Assembly (NCBI RefSeq): GCF_006345805.1 | Contig: NC_042998.1 | Location: 16,988,001-17,052,000, forward strand | Length of the DNA: 64,000 nt | Direction of reading: 5' to 3' | DNA from: Octopus sinensis | Taxonomy: Eukaryota | In this document: in pieces, positions 14,377 to 26,747 of the stretch | Layout: each line of letters opens with the position of its first letter | Numbering within the stretch: position 1 is the first letter of the stretch | Translations under genes and position numbers: made by a program | Notes under the pieces: model-generated | The model's database searches: none | What the model saw: only the letters and a program-made list of their open reading frames with translations | Told to the model about the DNA's origin: nothing

Positions 14377-15282
14377 AGTATGTACGTACGTATGTATGCA
14401 TGTGTATGCACACGCACTCACATGCACACAGACACGCATACACACGAATGTATATTTGGATGGACAACAGCTATAATTGTGAAAAGCATTATTACCGTAC
14501 TACCCTGCCTTTGGTGTTGAATACACTGTGGTATATTTTACAACGTTCAACATAAAGCAATTTTATGGTTTTGATGGAAACATTAATTCTTACCTTCAGG
14601 ATTTACGTCAATTTTATATAGCTTCCCATAAGTAATTCTTCTACCTTCCTAGCAGAAATTAATGTCATTACAAGATGTCAGCTGAATAAAATATAAAGTT
14701 TCTTAGAAACTTATAAATCCATGAGAGATGCATTACTCTAGCTACTTCTAATCTATTATCATGATGATTTATATCTTCCGATTATACCATGATAAATTTG
14801 TTCCAATATAAAGAACCTGTTACAAATTACTCATAAATATCTTTTCGTTGTCTTTCTAACGTTGATTACAGTAAGATATTCTTAATTTGGGTTTAGCATA
14901 TAAAGTCAAGGACATTGCAATTTGCTCACATGTTAAGATAAGAGTCGATGCGGGATATAGAAGCGGATTTTTGTATTTTTTTTATCGAAATGTCAAAGGA
15001 TTATAAAAAGAATATTCACTATACTTCCTAAGCAGACAGAGATGCAATTTTCTTTACTCATGTTGATTGTTATCGATTCTATGATTTTGTATTGGTGTAA
15101 TAAAATGTATTTCTGCATGCAAACAACTGAAAGGGACGAGAATTTGCAAAAACCAATAATTTTTATTATGAGAAAGAAACGAATTCCAGAAAACATCATT
15201 TTAAATGTTCAAGGGCGTGCTTGTTTGTATCAGTGAGTTTCTTTGTCTCATGAAGTTTCGTGTTGTTATATATAGAAGGAAA

Positions 15283-15520
15283 GGCGGCGAGCTGGCAGAA
15301 ACGTTAGCACGCCGGGCGAAATGCGTAGCCGTATTTCGTCAGACGCTACGTTCTGATTTCAAATTCCGACGAGGTCGACTTTGCCTTTCATCATTTCGGG
15401 GTCGATAAATTAAGTACCAGTTACGCACTGGGATCGATGTAATCGACTTAACCCGTTTGTCTGTCCTTGTTTGTTGTTTGTCCCCTCTGTGTTTAGCCCC
15501 TTGTGGGTAGTAAAGAAATA
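15283..15520 (+). mobile_element. tRNA-derived SINE (GGCGGCGAGCTGGCAGAA family) with TSD
   Basis: Head GGCGGCGAGCTGGCAGAAACGTTAG, central GCCTTTCATC.TTTCGGGGTCGATAAA motif, tail GTAAAGAAATA. TSD TATATATAGAAGGAAAGG at 15267-15284 and 15521-15538. Confidence 0.9.
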
Positions 15521-15904
15521 TATATATAGAAGGAAAGGAATTTTAATGACAACATTATACGTCATAATGAGATGAGGACATTTCCATACTACTACTACTG
15601 CTACCACTGCTACTGCTGTTGCTGTTACTGCTGCTATTGCTGCTACTTTGTCGATGAAAATGACCCGATGTCGGCGAACTTATACATATTTATTTGTCTC
15701 ACAATATTATAAAATGCTAGTTCTAAAATGCTGCTCAAGAATGGGAATGTGAATATCACAAATACAATATATTAAACACAAGATAAATTTATGCGCCTGT
15801 ATTAAAGTAGCATCCTTTAGATGAAAATTTGTAAAGGTTTTTCAAATATATCGGAAAGATTAAACTATCCGACTTATATATAAGTCACTGGTTTGCAAAG
15901 CTTT

Positions 15905-16136
15905 AAGGCGGCGAGCTGGCAGAAACGTTAGCATGACGGGCGAAATGCTTAGCGGTATTTCGTCTGCGTTACGTTGTGAGTTCAAATTCCGCCGAGGTCG
16001 ATTTTGCCTTTCATCCTTTCGGGGTCGATAAATTAAGTATCAGTTACGCACTGGGGTCGATGTAATTGACTTAATACCTATGGTTGTCCTTGTGTGTCCC
16101 CTCTGTGTTTAGCCCCTTGTGGGTCATAAAGAAATA
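15905..16136 (+). mobile_element. Same SINE family, with a 15-bp TSD
   Basis: TSD GGTTTGCAAAGCTTT at 15890-15904 and 16137-16151. Confidence 0.9.
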
Positions 16137-16155
16137 GGTTTGCAAAGCTTTCTTA

Positions 16156-17775
16156 TCTATTATATAAAATCCGTTCTGTCAGTGTGTGTGTCTTCTAGGA
16201 TCTCGGGCATCCTCCATCAGATTGCGCTGAAATTTGATATGTAGATACCGACGGTATCTGAGCGTGTATGAGTCTTGAAAAAATTATAAAAATCGATTCC
16301 AGGTGAGAATTCGATAGATAAAGCCGTGAGAACGTGCATTTGTACGCGCAAGTACACCAGTCGAAATCCGTCTTTTGCTGGTGTCTCGAATTTCGGTTAA
16401 ATCATTTTTTTCTCAAAGAAGAGGCCCATGGGACGGTCGGACAAGTTATTTTGAGAAACTTTGGTTTAAATTTCTGACAACTCAGCACCGTCCATTGGAA
16501 GGGGGACGTTTTACTTGTATTTTGGTATTTTGCTGGGAGAAAAAAAGCAATGTGTTCGATTAGAAAATCAACAGACGTAAGGGCAGAAAGAGAAAGGTGT
16601 ATAGGGAAAGCAGTTCTATGGTAAATGGGTAACTAGTTTTTCCATAAAGTGGATGGAATCAGGCCATAGAGTGTTTTGATGATTTGGTAGTGGTTTGAAG
16701 TCATTATCAGCTCTCGAAAATTTAATTATCCTGGAATCGCACTGCCCAGATATCGACGAACTCTTAATTACCATAATGAAAACACCTTGCAAAGACTCCA
16801 TTTACAAGAAAACCCAAAAATCTTCTTGCGGGTGAAGAAACAAAAATAAAAGAAAAAATTAATAGAAGTGATGACAACATAAAACCAGAAGCAGCCAGAT
16901 TACATCGGTTCCTTATTTCTATTTGATTTAAACACCAATATCATACAGAAAGGAACCGTCTCTACTATGTATTAAAAGAAAGCGGAAAGCGTGGACATGA
17001 CAGCGTAAGTTACAATTCAACCGTATGCATCAGGATCAACGCAGTTTATGTAAGAAATGTGATCCACAAATATACAGTAAAAGCCGGAAGGCAGTGGACA
17101 GAAACAAGAGCTCTATGCAATTCTTATCTGTCTTTAAGGAGATTGACTATACAGATTCTTTCGCCAAACATCAGTACATTATGAGACCAGCTAAGAAAGT
17201 CTACACACTCATAGATAACATTTTTATTCTTTATTTCTATTTTCCTAAATTATCTATTAATTTTTTTTATTGAAATTATAACCCTTTAATGAGAAACAAC
17301 TGCTGTAATATAATAAGAGATATATCGGAAAGGAATAACATTTACAGCTGACACACTCCATGCCTGCCACAGTAGGTTATTACTTAATAGTAGAACATCA
17401 CAATTAAAATTAATAATGCCATCATTATATTGTTGTTTTTTTTTAATTCTTAAAGTATATACTGTCCTATTTTCCCTAGCACCAGTTTTCACTTCTATAA
17501 GGTAAGCTAAAGCAAACAGCATGAATTAAAAGTTACATTTTTTGCTAATTCCGTGAATTTAATCAAATCTTTCGGAGGGAAACTAACTGAGCCATAATGT
17601 GTGTTTCGTAAGACTTCCGCAGCAAAAATACCAAAGTGGATACTACAGGAGAATATTGATACGCTTCATGTATGCTTTTGATGTATAAATGGATATGTTT
17701 TAATATGTTTGATGTCTTTAAGTGCTAGAGAAGCAGAGTCGCATCATACAGATTTTCGGTTATCACATACATCTA
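16156..17775 (+). mobile_element. Possible decayed Helitron-like element
   Basis: 5' end A|TCTATTATATAAAATCCGTTCTGTC resembles Helitron 5' termini, and a candidate CTAG|T end lies at about 17772-17776. The interior could not be assigned. Confidence 0.3.
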
Positions 17776-17884
17776 GTACTATTTTTTTGTTCATGTCAAT
17801 GTATGTGCTTATTTATATAGGGATCCACACACAGATACAGATATACATACACATGGACATTCGCACACACACATAAATATATTA

Positions 17885-18035
17885 TGTATGTATGTATGTA
17901 GGTAGGTAGGTAGGTAGGTATGAATGTATGTAGGTAGGTAATAGGTAGGTAGGCAGGTAGGTAGGTAGGTAGGTAGGTAGGTAGGTAGGTAGGTAGGTAG
18001 GTAGGTAGGTAAGTAGGTAGGTAGGTAGGTAGGTT
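17885..18035. repeat. (TAGG)n/(TATG)n microsatellite
   Basis: Direct inspection. Confidence 0.95.
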
Positions 18036-18194
18036 CGCATGTATGTGAGTATGTATAAGTATATATTCATATATATACATACTGAGTGATCGGGCTAAAT
18101 TTGACTGCCTGCGCAAAAGTAAAAGCAAGCACAATATATCACGCAAACTAAAATTAGTTTTAAATAGTTAAAACATTTCAATATAAGTGTTACT

Positions 18195-18490
18195 GAGAGA
18201 TAAAATAATTATTCAAAGCAGCTGCCCTCACAGAATACGGCTGTGAAACCTGGGTTATGCGTTACTTGCAGTGTCCCTGGACCTTCAAAGACCTCATTGA
18301 TGTTGGCCACCAGCTCTACTTGCTGTGGTAGGTAGTGCGGATAGTTTCTTTCTCAACTGCACCCCACACATTGTAATCTATGCGACTGGGATTACAAACG
18401 GGGGAATAGTGTGATAGAAAGTAGGAGACCAGAAATTGGGGCTGCCAAAGTCCTACAAATTCTTGAGTAAATACTTCTGATGCATAGAAA
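18195..18490 (-). pseudogene. Tc1/mariner transposase C-terminal relic
   Basis: Minus-strand ORF segment SHYSPVCNPSRIDYNVWGAVEKETIRTTYHSK matches the SPDLNPxDYxVWG motif. Confidence 0.65.
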
Positions 18491-18536
18491 AATCGAAAGT
18501 ATACATTCATCCATAAATGCTTAGTTACACATGCGC

Positions 18537-18618
<82 letters not shown>

Positions 18619-19904
18619 GCAGGCATGCGCGCGTGCGAATGTATATGTGTATGTTAGTTCAATTGTATATAAACGTGCGCGTGTGTCTACATGAGTGTGT
18701 GCGTGTGTGTGCGTGCGCATGTGTGTATGAGTGTTTTGTGTGTAGTTAACCCTCTCTATACGCTTTCTTTCTAACATAGTGTTTGTTTTGGCATATCAGA
18801 GAAAACAAGAGTTTATCAGGAATCAAATTTAAAATAAGCAGAAAATGGAGAATACTTTTGATCAACAAACAAAATGAGTGCAATCGGTTATTATGTTTTA
18901 CTTCAAAACTTTCACATTGCTTACAGCCGTTTCTGCTACCAATGTCAGTCGGTGCCAGGAAAGAAAATTATGAGAATAATATTCATCATCTTTTATAGCG
19001 CATACGATCTAGTACATGGAGCTTCATCTGAGTGAATACAAATACCTAAAATAAAAGAAGAGAAAGGGGAAGAGGTAAGAACAGGTCCTCCAGATGAGGA
19101 AAGAAGTCTTAATAATTTAGAATCATACCATTTTGCAATGTAAAGCTTGAAGTCGATGAGCAAATGAATAAACTAGCAAATAAACTGGAAAATAATTGGT
19201 GGGTTCATCTTTCTTTAGGGATACCAGGGTGTATGAATAATAAGAAAATAAAACCAATACGTAAGTATAACACGATTCACCCAAAAGTCTATAAATGAAT
19301 AGCACTTATGATTTCGTAAATAGAGATGACTAATATTTATCCAAAAACAAGTACTTACTAATATATTCTAAAGACTAACCACCTGTTGTCCGTAATGGAA
19401 TTGACCAAAGTCCAGCCAAGACTGTGGTGATGGGTCTGTTAAATTTAAAACCACGGTCCATCTCAGACCGTTATGAAGAAGTAAATAAAACAGTAAATAA
19501 AACAGTAAAATGTGGGGGAGTAGTCGATGACGTAAGTGGCACCTGGCTGCTTGTGTCATTATTCAGCATTCCAACATAAATACTAGCAACCGCATGACAG
19601 TAAATAACTAACAGTTAAGGGGAGACCACCGTTAGGGAAGGTGGTTGCTAGTGCATTTACCTTCAAATTATAATGCTAAATATAACATCTTAAATAGCCA
19701 GCATAGTTCAAAGTGGTGGTTATACTAGACGAACAAGTAAATGTTTAAATGTTCCTGAGTACATTCTGTCTATTAGACATATGAGAAGGCAGAAACACAA
19801 AAGCAGAAAATAGTTAAACGATTGCAAGTTACATCAATTGCTAATTATTAACACGGTTACAAATTCAGGGTCCTACTACAGTTTATTAAATCCTGCTTGA
19901 TATA

Positions 19905-20002
<98 letters not shown>

Positions 20003-20120
20003 ACAAGATAACGACAGAAGAAAAATTCTAATGCCAGATACGCCGAAACAAAAAAAATTGTCGATAACCATTAAATTTATGCATCTCGAAATAAACCGAT
20101 AGAAATCTCTAAAAAATTCG

Positions 20121-20190
20121 TTATTACCGTATTGGTGCAATTTCGGGGTTAATTCACAAGAAATTTTCCCCTCTTCAGCGGCACATACGC
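20121..20190 (-). ncRNA. Type I hammerhead ribozyme motif with a complete canonical core
   Basis: Minus strand: ugccg CUGAAGA GGGG[aaaauuucuugugaauuaa]CCCC GAA Auug-cac-caaU A|cggua. Stems I (5 bp), II (4 bp plus extension) and III (4 bp) all form. Predicted cleavage after AUA, between 20130 and 20129. Confidence 0.75.
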
Positions 20191-20395
20191 GAAATATAAA
20201 TGAAATACTTATTCATACCCAAGGAAGAAGCAAGCACCAAGTCCCGAGCAGACTTAAGTACCCCAAATATATTCAAATAGAAAAATCTTCGGCGCACCTC
20301 GAGGAAGGTGTGATTCGAACTAGAATCTTTCAGAGAGTGATAGAATCCGGAAGTGAAACACTAATCTATAAATTATAAATTATAATTATAAAACT

Positions 20396-20443
<48 letters not shown>

Positions 20444-21499
20444 ATGTGTGTGTGTGTGTGTATATATTATTTATATTATATTATTCATATTACTAAACTC
20501 GTCGATATATTAACCCTTAGTTGGGTGCAACCATATGGAGTCTACCAAAAAATTTCAGTTCCATTCATACACAATATGCCTAAGAGCAATAATAGCTTAT
20601 AGGAAAGCGTTTACTGTAAAAACAAATACAATCTACAGAGGTGTGCAGATGATATTGAGTCGTTAAATTTAACTTATGTTATACGGGTGGAGTCCTAAAT
20701 AGGTAGGTCTAGTGGTTTCCACAATAAATGGAGGTAGAGCAGTAGGCTGGCTGTAAAATAGGTAAAGATTGAAGATAATAAACACACGGTAAACCATGGT
20801 GTAAAAGGTTCAGTGAAGTAAGATTGGTTGCGAGTACAGTCTTAGCTGAGATTGCGGGTACAGGCTCTCAGAAGGGCTAGGGATTAGTCATTGGTGTTAA
20901 ATACTAACGCCCTCTGTACTCCAAATTAGATTCATAGAGGAAAGAACTGCTTTTATTAAAGGTGGTGAGGAGGCTCAATATATGATACCGTAAAATTTTG
21001 ATTGTGTATTTTTTTCTATTGAGATCATTAAGAATGTATTTCCCTTCTCGTACAACATTTCGATCTTCATATTAACAAATGCGATAAATCTACGGTTGTA
21101 AACAAATGTGCATCATGCAAATGCATGCCATGTTCACGCCGTTTTAGTTTCAGTACTTTTTACTTCGTCCACGGGAAATTATCTTGCGTTTAATCATTAG
21201 TTCCAATATATTCAATGATATTTCCTGCAATAAAATATCATCAGTGCAGAATTATAATACATGCATAACAGATTCAAAAGATATAAGAGATACAACCACA
21301 ATCATTTATGTGTTATATTCATGTAGATTCTCGGGTATTGGTTCATCTAATGTCTCGTATTTATAGTTTTAACCTTTCTCAGTTCCACGATATATATGAG
21401 TATGTGTCTTCCTGTAGAAGACGACGTATGAACATTCAGTTTTTCCCCAACGACCTTGACAGATAATATTTTTATTATGACAGAATGTTTACACCTAAC

Positions 21500-21665
21500 T
21501 TTAGTGAACTCACGAGGTTGTCTGACGGTGCACGGCGCGTCAGGTATCGAAGTGATCGCAGAGCAACGGGAGATGAAGTAATTTGCTCAGGAACACAACA
21601 CGTCACCCAAGCTAGGAAGTGAAATCACGATCTAGCGAAAGTAAATGCAACACCCAAACTAACTA
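21500..21665 (-). mobile_element. Decayed SINE fragment
   Basis: Minus strand ...GTTGTGTTCCTGAGCAAATTACTTCATCTCCCGTTGCTCTG resembles the central domains of tRNA-SINEs. Confidence 0.4.
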
Positions 21666-22797
21666 ATGTAGTGTCACATACATATCACCCGTTGTATATA
21701 TTAAATTCGTTCAAGGTGACGTTAGGAGTATGCAAATAAAGCTCCCAATTAATTTTACCGGCTACCGTCTAATGATATTGACTAGTAAGTCCGTTTTTCG
21801 AGGTTGCATCACCGTTATACCGATATAAAGTAGATTAGATATAATAATAACAATAATTCTAGAACGGAATTTAAAATATTTAATTCATCATTACGTAAGT
21901 TTCCACAAATCATATGGTTTAGACATCAGTGCCCGTCTCCTTAGGATTAGTACGATATATCCCGTATTATCCCTGGGCCATAGTAATACAGGCTATATTG
22001 TACTAACCCCAAGAATAAGTCTGGTTTTAAAATCACTTAATTTCTAGAAACATGAGTAGCGATGCATTCAATATTTATAAAATCCGTTTTAGAAGTGCGA
22101 AAGGAAACGATTTAAATATGCAAAGAATAAGAAAAAATTGTAAACAGGACAATTAACACAGAGGAGGAACCTTGATCAGTTGTTGTCTCTCTATCTTCTC
22201 TTTATTTCGAACATTCGATTACAATATGAGTCTTTGAAGACAGATGTTCCCATAACTTCGAAAGTAAAATTTTGTATTTTGTTGATGGTTTAATTTGGGG
22301 ACATATACACGACAGGAGAATCATACAAAGAAGCAGAACGGAAACAAACATGGAGCGTTGTTAGATCAGAACGAGGGGGAAATTGTACAGGCTTAGAGAA
22401 ATATTCTCTTTGAAAAGAGAAAATTTAGAAGAGAGAGATAGAAGACGTCTAGTCCTGAGAACGTTCATGCAGTAAAAGAAAGATCATCACGTGAGGAAAA
22501 GAAAGTTGGACGATGGTAACGTGTTACGACGGCGAGAGAGAAAAAGAGAAAGAGGAGGAGAGAGAGACATAGAAAACGGTGGAGAAAAAAGAATTAGAGA
22601 AGGATGGGGAGTCACATCAAATAGGTTGAGATAAACTTACTTGGAAATGGATGAGTGGCGTTCAATTAAATAATAAAATATATATATATATATGACGTCA
22701 CCAACTGTAAACAGCATGAAGTACGAAAGCAAACGAATTAAATAGTAAAATAAGAAAAAAATGGAACATCTGATAATACAAAGATCGCCCCTTCATC

Positions 22798-22799
<2 letters not shown>

Positions 22800-22828
<29 letters not shown>

Positions 22829-22866
22829 TGTATGTATGTATGTATGTATGTATGTATGTACGTACG

Positions 22867-22912
<46 letters not shown>
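22800..22912. repeat. (TATG)n/(TA)n tract at the 3' end of the RTE element
   Basis: Direct inspection. Confidence 0.95.
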
Positions 22913-22915
<3 letters not shown>

Positions 22916-23988
22916 TCTTTATCCCCGTCTGTCTTGATAGACAATGGGTTGCGCCAAGGGTGGGGCCTACATTGATGATGTGCAGCGTCTGCTGTGACTG
23001 AACAGTCCAATTCTAGAGTGGCAGTCCTTGGTACAGTTGCTGCACACGAACATCGATGGGTACGTGTGGGGTGTTGCTGCAGTTGCCCTCCTCCTGTCCC
23101 GCCTGTCCAACCACAGCTGTGCTCTCCTCTCCTCAGCCATGGAAACGCCTTTTCTCACCGTCCGACGCCAGGCAGAGCGGTCAGCAGCTGTTTCCTCCCA
23201 CGTGTCCACACAGATGTTGGCAGTCCTCAGGTCGTGCTTGCACACGTCCCTGTATCGTAGCTGTGGACGTCCCTTGGGTCGGGATCCCATGGTGAGTTCG
23301 CTGTACAGGATGTCTTTAGGCATGCGACCGTCCTGCATGCGGCAGACGTGTCCGAGCCAGCGCAGGCGTCTCCCCACGAGGAGGGCATACATGCTTGGCA
23401 TATTAGTCTGTTCCAGGATGACTCCGTTTGGTACTCGGTCCTTCCAGGAGATGCCAAGGATCCGTCGAAGACACCGCATGTGGAAGCCGATGAGGCGGCA
23501 TTCCTGCCGGGTGTATGTTGTCCAGCTCTCGCTGCCGTAGAGTAGGGTGCTCAGCACGCAGGCTCGGTACACTGCGATCTTGGTGGTTATTGTGAGCATG
23601 TTGTTTTCCCACACTCTCCTGGAGAGCTTAGCCATGGCAGCAGCAGCCTTCCCAATCCGTCTGTCCAGCTCCGGCTCGAGGGACAGGCTGCTGGAGACCG
23701 TCGATCCCAGGTAAGTGAACTCGTTCACCACCTGCAAGCTGTGGTCGCCGACACTGATGCTGGGGACCCCTCCGACGTCCTGGCCCATGATCTCTGTCTT
23801 TTTCAGGCTTATGGTAAGGCCGAACTCTTGGCAGGCATCCGCCAGGGAGCTGACGAGCCTCTGGAGACCCGGTTGGTTGTGTGATGTTAGGGCGGCATCG
23901 TCAGCAAAGAGGATCTCTCTGATCAGCACCTGACGGACTTTGGTCTTAGCTCTGAGGCGCGCAAGATTGAACAATCCACCATCAGCGC
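22913..23988 (-). mobile_element. 5'-truncated RTE-clade LINE
   Basis: Carries the RT C-terminal half and a terminal zinc finger, then a short 3' UTR with a CCATTGTCTATCAAGACAGACGG stem-loop running into (TA)n. It is truncated just upstream of DGGLFNL. Confidence 0.92.
22967..23974 (-). CDS. RTE reverse transcriptase C-terminal fragment (335 aa, uninterrupted, no true start)
   Basis: LFADDAAL catalytic motif, [44 protein letters not shown], and C-terminal CxxC..H..RC finger. Confidence 0.9.
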   Translation of the reverse strand: MFNLARLRAKTKVRQVLIREILFADDAALTSHNQPGLQRLVSSLADACQEFGLTISLKKTEIMGQDVGGVPSISVGDHSLQVVNEFTYLGSTVSSSLSLEPELDRRIGKAAAAMAKLSRRVWENNMLTITTKIAVYRACVLSTLLYGSESWTTYTRQECRLIGFHMRCLRRILGISWKDRVPNGVILEQTNMPSMYALLVGRRLRWLGHVCRMQDGRMPKDILYSELTMGSRPKGRPQLRYRDVCKHDLRTANICVDTWEETAADRSAWRRTVRKGVSMAEERRAQLWLDRRDRRRATAATPHTYPSMFVCSNCTKDCHSRIGLFSHSRRCTSSM

Positions 23989-24009
23989 ATAAAATGAATA
24001 ATAGAGCAT

Positions 24010-24181
24010 CTAAAATAAAAGGGAGATAACTGAGAAAGAATTGAAGGTCAACGTTAGACCATAATCATGTAAAGTGGATAAATATAATAACTAATCCAGA
24101 ATCCTTGTCCGTTGCTGCATCGATTCCAAAACCTAATCAGTTCGTGCCAGTTGCATGGCCAAACTTCCCTGAAAATTTCAT
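24010..24181 (+). repeat. Dispersed repeat, copy 1
   Basis: Nearly identical to 27594-27765 (CTAAAATAAAAGGGAGATAACTGAG...GATTCCAAAACCTAATCAGTTCGTGCCAG). Confidence 0.85.
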
Positions 24182-24534
24182 ATATATATATACCATTATT
24201 ATTGTTATTTACAGGATTGTAAAACACGTCACCGTATAACAAAATCAGTTGCACCGAAACCATATACTAATTTTGTTTACATAAAACAAATACGAATTAA
24301 ATATAGATCTACGTTTGAAAGAAACAGGGTGGCTTATTCGCTGATGTGAAGGTAACACGCTTAGTCGCGTTAACAAATGAATGTGGGGGGCAATCCCACG
24401 CGGATAGGTAAGCTTTCTTTTTTGCGTTGAGGCCGTATATGTCCCGTTATTAGACTATTTTCTCTAATCATTGAACGGTGATCGCCATGAGGCTTATGCT
24501 TATATAAATATTAACAAAACCATTCACACCGAAA

Positions 24535-24615
<81 letters not shown>

Positions 24616-24937
24616 ACAAAGTGAGGTTGTAAGGAACCGCACGAGTTGAAATATATATGAAGGAAGGTTTGAAAATGCAAAGTTTAAGATGTTTATTCAG
24701 TTGACCGGTTTCACTTTTTTAGAAAAAGATTGTCAAAAGTAAAATGTAAAGTTTTGTATAAGCTTTTTGCGTTAAGTATTGGTTGTCACAGATTTATTAA
24801 AATACATATATACATTATTTGATAATAATAAGAAAAATGTTAAAACAGATGACAAGGAACTATCTTGAGAAATTATAGGATTTCATTAAAAATCATGTTA
24901 GTTTGGAAGCATCTATATACATATACATATACATATA

Positions 24938-24975
24938 AGCGCAGGAGTGGCTGTGTGGTAAGTAGCTTCTTACCA
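24938..24975 (+). mobile_element. 5' part of a family-1 SINE head (box A) ending in the left TSD
   Basis: AGCGCAGGAGTGGCTGTGTGGT then AAGTAGCTTCTTACCA (24960-24975). The SINE resumes at 27055. Confidence 0.9.
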
Positions 24976-25272
24976 GACAGACGTGCTGTTTTTTGCTCCG
25001 GCAAATGTCACGTGTTAACGTGAATTATTGAACATTTTACGGCAACAGGTAGGACATTTTGGATATTTTTGGAAGCATAGTGAGGTTTATTGCTTGCCGT
25101 TAATACATTTTGGCATTAATGTTAATTAGTGTTAACACTTTTCTACGCGTAATAAGCTTCACTTTGCTTCGGATGTATTTGTTCTGCCTGTTGGCGTATT
25201 TATTGTCTCACCTTTTAGTGAGAATTGTGTATTTTGAAGAGGCATAGCCCCTCCTCAAAAATTAATTTGTTC

Positions 25273-25359
25273 GCTTGGATTTACCACGGAGAACCAATTG
25301 TGCTTGTATTTATCACGGAGAACCAATTGTGCTTGGATTTACCACGGAGAACCAAGTGT
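25273..25359 (+). repeat. Three tandem 29-bp repeats in the 5' UTR
   Basis: GCTTGGATTTACCACGGAGAACCAATTGT three times with 1-2 changes and no spacers. Confidence 0.9.
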
Positions 25360-25527
25360 GCTGCAACTAGGAGTACCCTGTTTCGTGAGGATTACCAGTT
25401 GCAGAACTGTGTTGCCATTATTTGAACTGTCTTCCTTCGTCCTTTTCTCTGTTCTGTCTTTCTGTTCTGTCATTGTGTATTTTTCTTATTGGACTTTGAA
25501 CTTTTAGTTGAACTTTTTTTCAAAATC

Positions 25528-26730
25528 ATGGCAACAAAAGAAACCACTGCTTTGGAATGGGAGATTGTCCCACCCAAGCAGTGGATTGAAAGTCTTGAGA
25601 AGAGGACGGTGGTCCTACGAAGCTATTCTAGGTCGCGTGGAGCTATAGCCCTCTTCGACAGGAGCACCATAGAGAAAGAGCTGGGGGACCACCTACCAAC
25701 GATAAAGTTTATTTCTCGGGGGAGTAAATTTGCAACGGTGTGGTTGCTGTTTGGTACCCCCGAGGAAGGTAGCAGATTTGCTAGCGAGCCACTGGAGGGA
25801 GAGGAAATTTTGTTCCTCCCCTCGTATTGTGGCAGAAAAGTAAAAAGAGCCTGGGTTTGTGGGCTGCCCCCGGGCACGGAGGCGGAATGGATCGAGAAGA
25901 CCATCCGGCGAGGCCTGGGGGATAGCGGACCCAGGCTACTGAGTGTGAAAATGGCTCCCGCGGTCGCCTGGGAGGGGTCAAAGGCAACTTTGACCCTGTG
26001 GACACCGGTGGCCGTGGGAGAAATGAAATTCCCGGACTTCCTGAGAATGGCAGGGCACAGGTACCCGGTGCTACTCGAGGGACGCCCCCCCAAGTGTCAC
26101 CTGTGCCTGAAGCCCGGACATATCAAGAGGAATTGTCCCGGGGGCCGTAGTGGTGCCCCGGAGCATGAAGGGGAAAAGGCGCCCACCGCCCTCTCATTGG
26201 AGGGGGAGACGGTGGAAGTCGTGGAGGAGGTTGCCTCCACGAAAAGAAAGAGACAGGCGAGCAACAATGGCTGCTCGCCAAAGAACGCTCAGGTGGCGGA
26301 GGGGGATAGCGATCCCCCGAGTCTGGTGACGGAGTCCCCTGGGTCAGCAGTCTCCCCCAAAAGAAGGAGGAGAAAAAGAAAGAAAGGTCGGGCGGCTGAT
26401 ATCCATGAGCCGCAGACGTTGGCGGGAACTGTGCCGCCTTCGAAAGAACTGAACGTATTGGTCCTCTTCTATAGAGGAGGAGAAATTTTAAAAAAAATGA
26501 TGGACGAGTACCACAAGGGAGCTCCTTTAGCCTTCACACAGGACCCCGAATGGCCTCCGCAGATAGCTGTGGAGGCCGTGGCGTTCGACGTGATGCTTGG
26601 GCTAAAGGAGCTCAATGAAGATTATAGCTTGGTCCCGGGCGACGCGAACTCGGAACTTGATTACGTTCTGAGGGAGGCGTGTATGATGGTGGAGGGCGCC
26701 GGCACAAGCTATTTCGAGGACGATATGTAA
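25528..26730 (+). CDS. Gag/ORF1-like zinc-knuckle protein, 400 aa, intact
   Basis: ATG in context AAAATCATGG. Contains EGRPPKCHLCLKPGHIKRNCP (CX2CX4HX4C), an upstream region with RRM-like spacing (AWVCGLPPG), a basic NLS-like linker (KRRRRKRKKGR) and an acidic C-terminal domain. The architecture resembles L1/Tx1 ORF1 (inference). Confidence 0.8.
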   Translation: MATKETTALEWEIVPPKQWIESLEKRTVVLRSYSRSRGAIALFDRSTIEKELGDHLPTIKFISRGSKFATVWLLFGTPEEGSRFASEPLEGEEILFLPSYCGRKVKRAWVCGLPPGTEAEWIEKTIRRGLGDSGPRLLSVKMAPAVAWEGSKATLTLWTPVAVGEMKFPDFLRMAGHRYPVLLEGRPPKCHLCLKPGHIKRNCPGGRSGAPEHEGEKAPTALSLEGETVEVVEEVASTKRKRQASNNGCSPKNAQVAEGDSDPPSLVTESPGSAVSPKRRRRKRKKGRAADIHEPQTLAGTVPPSKELNVLVLFYRGGEILKKMMDEYHKGAPLAFTQDPEWPPQIAVEAVAFDVMLGLKELNEDYSLVPGDANSELDYVLREACMMVEGAGTSYFEDDM

Positions 26731-26747
26731 TTATTGAACTGTTAGTA

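Noticed and set aside
22994-23933. Several overlapping plus-strand ORFs over the RTE element, and minus-strand ORFs over the two gag-like ORFs
   Set aside because: They are shadows of GC-rich coding sequence on the opposite strand, with no recognisable motifs.
25273-25359. CRISPR-like 29-bp repeats
   Set aside because: The repeats are directly adjacent with no spacers, in a eukaryotic context.
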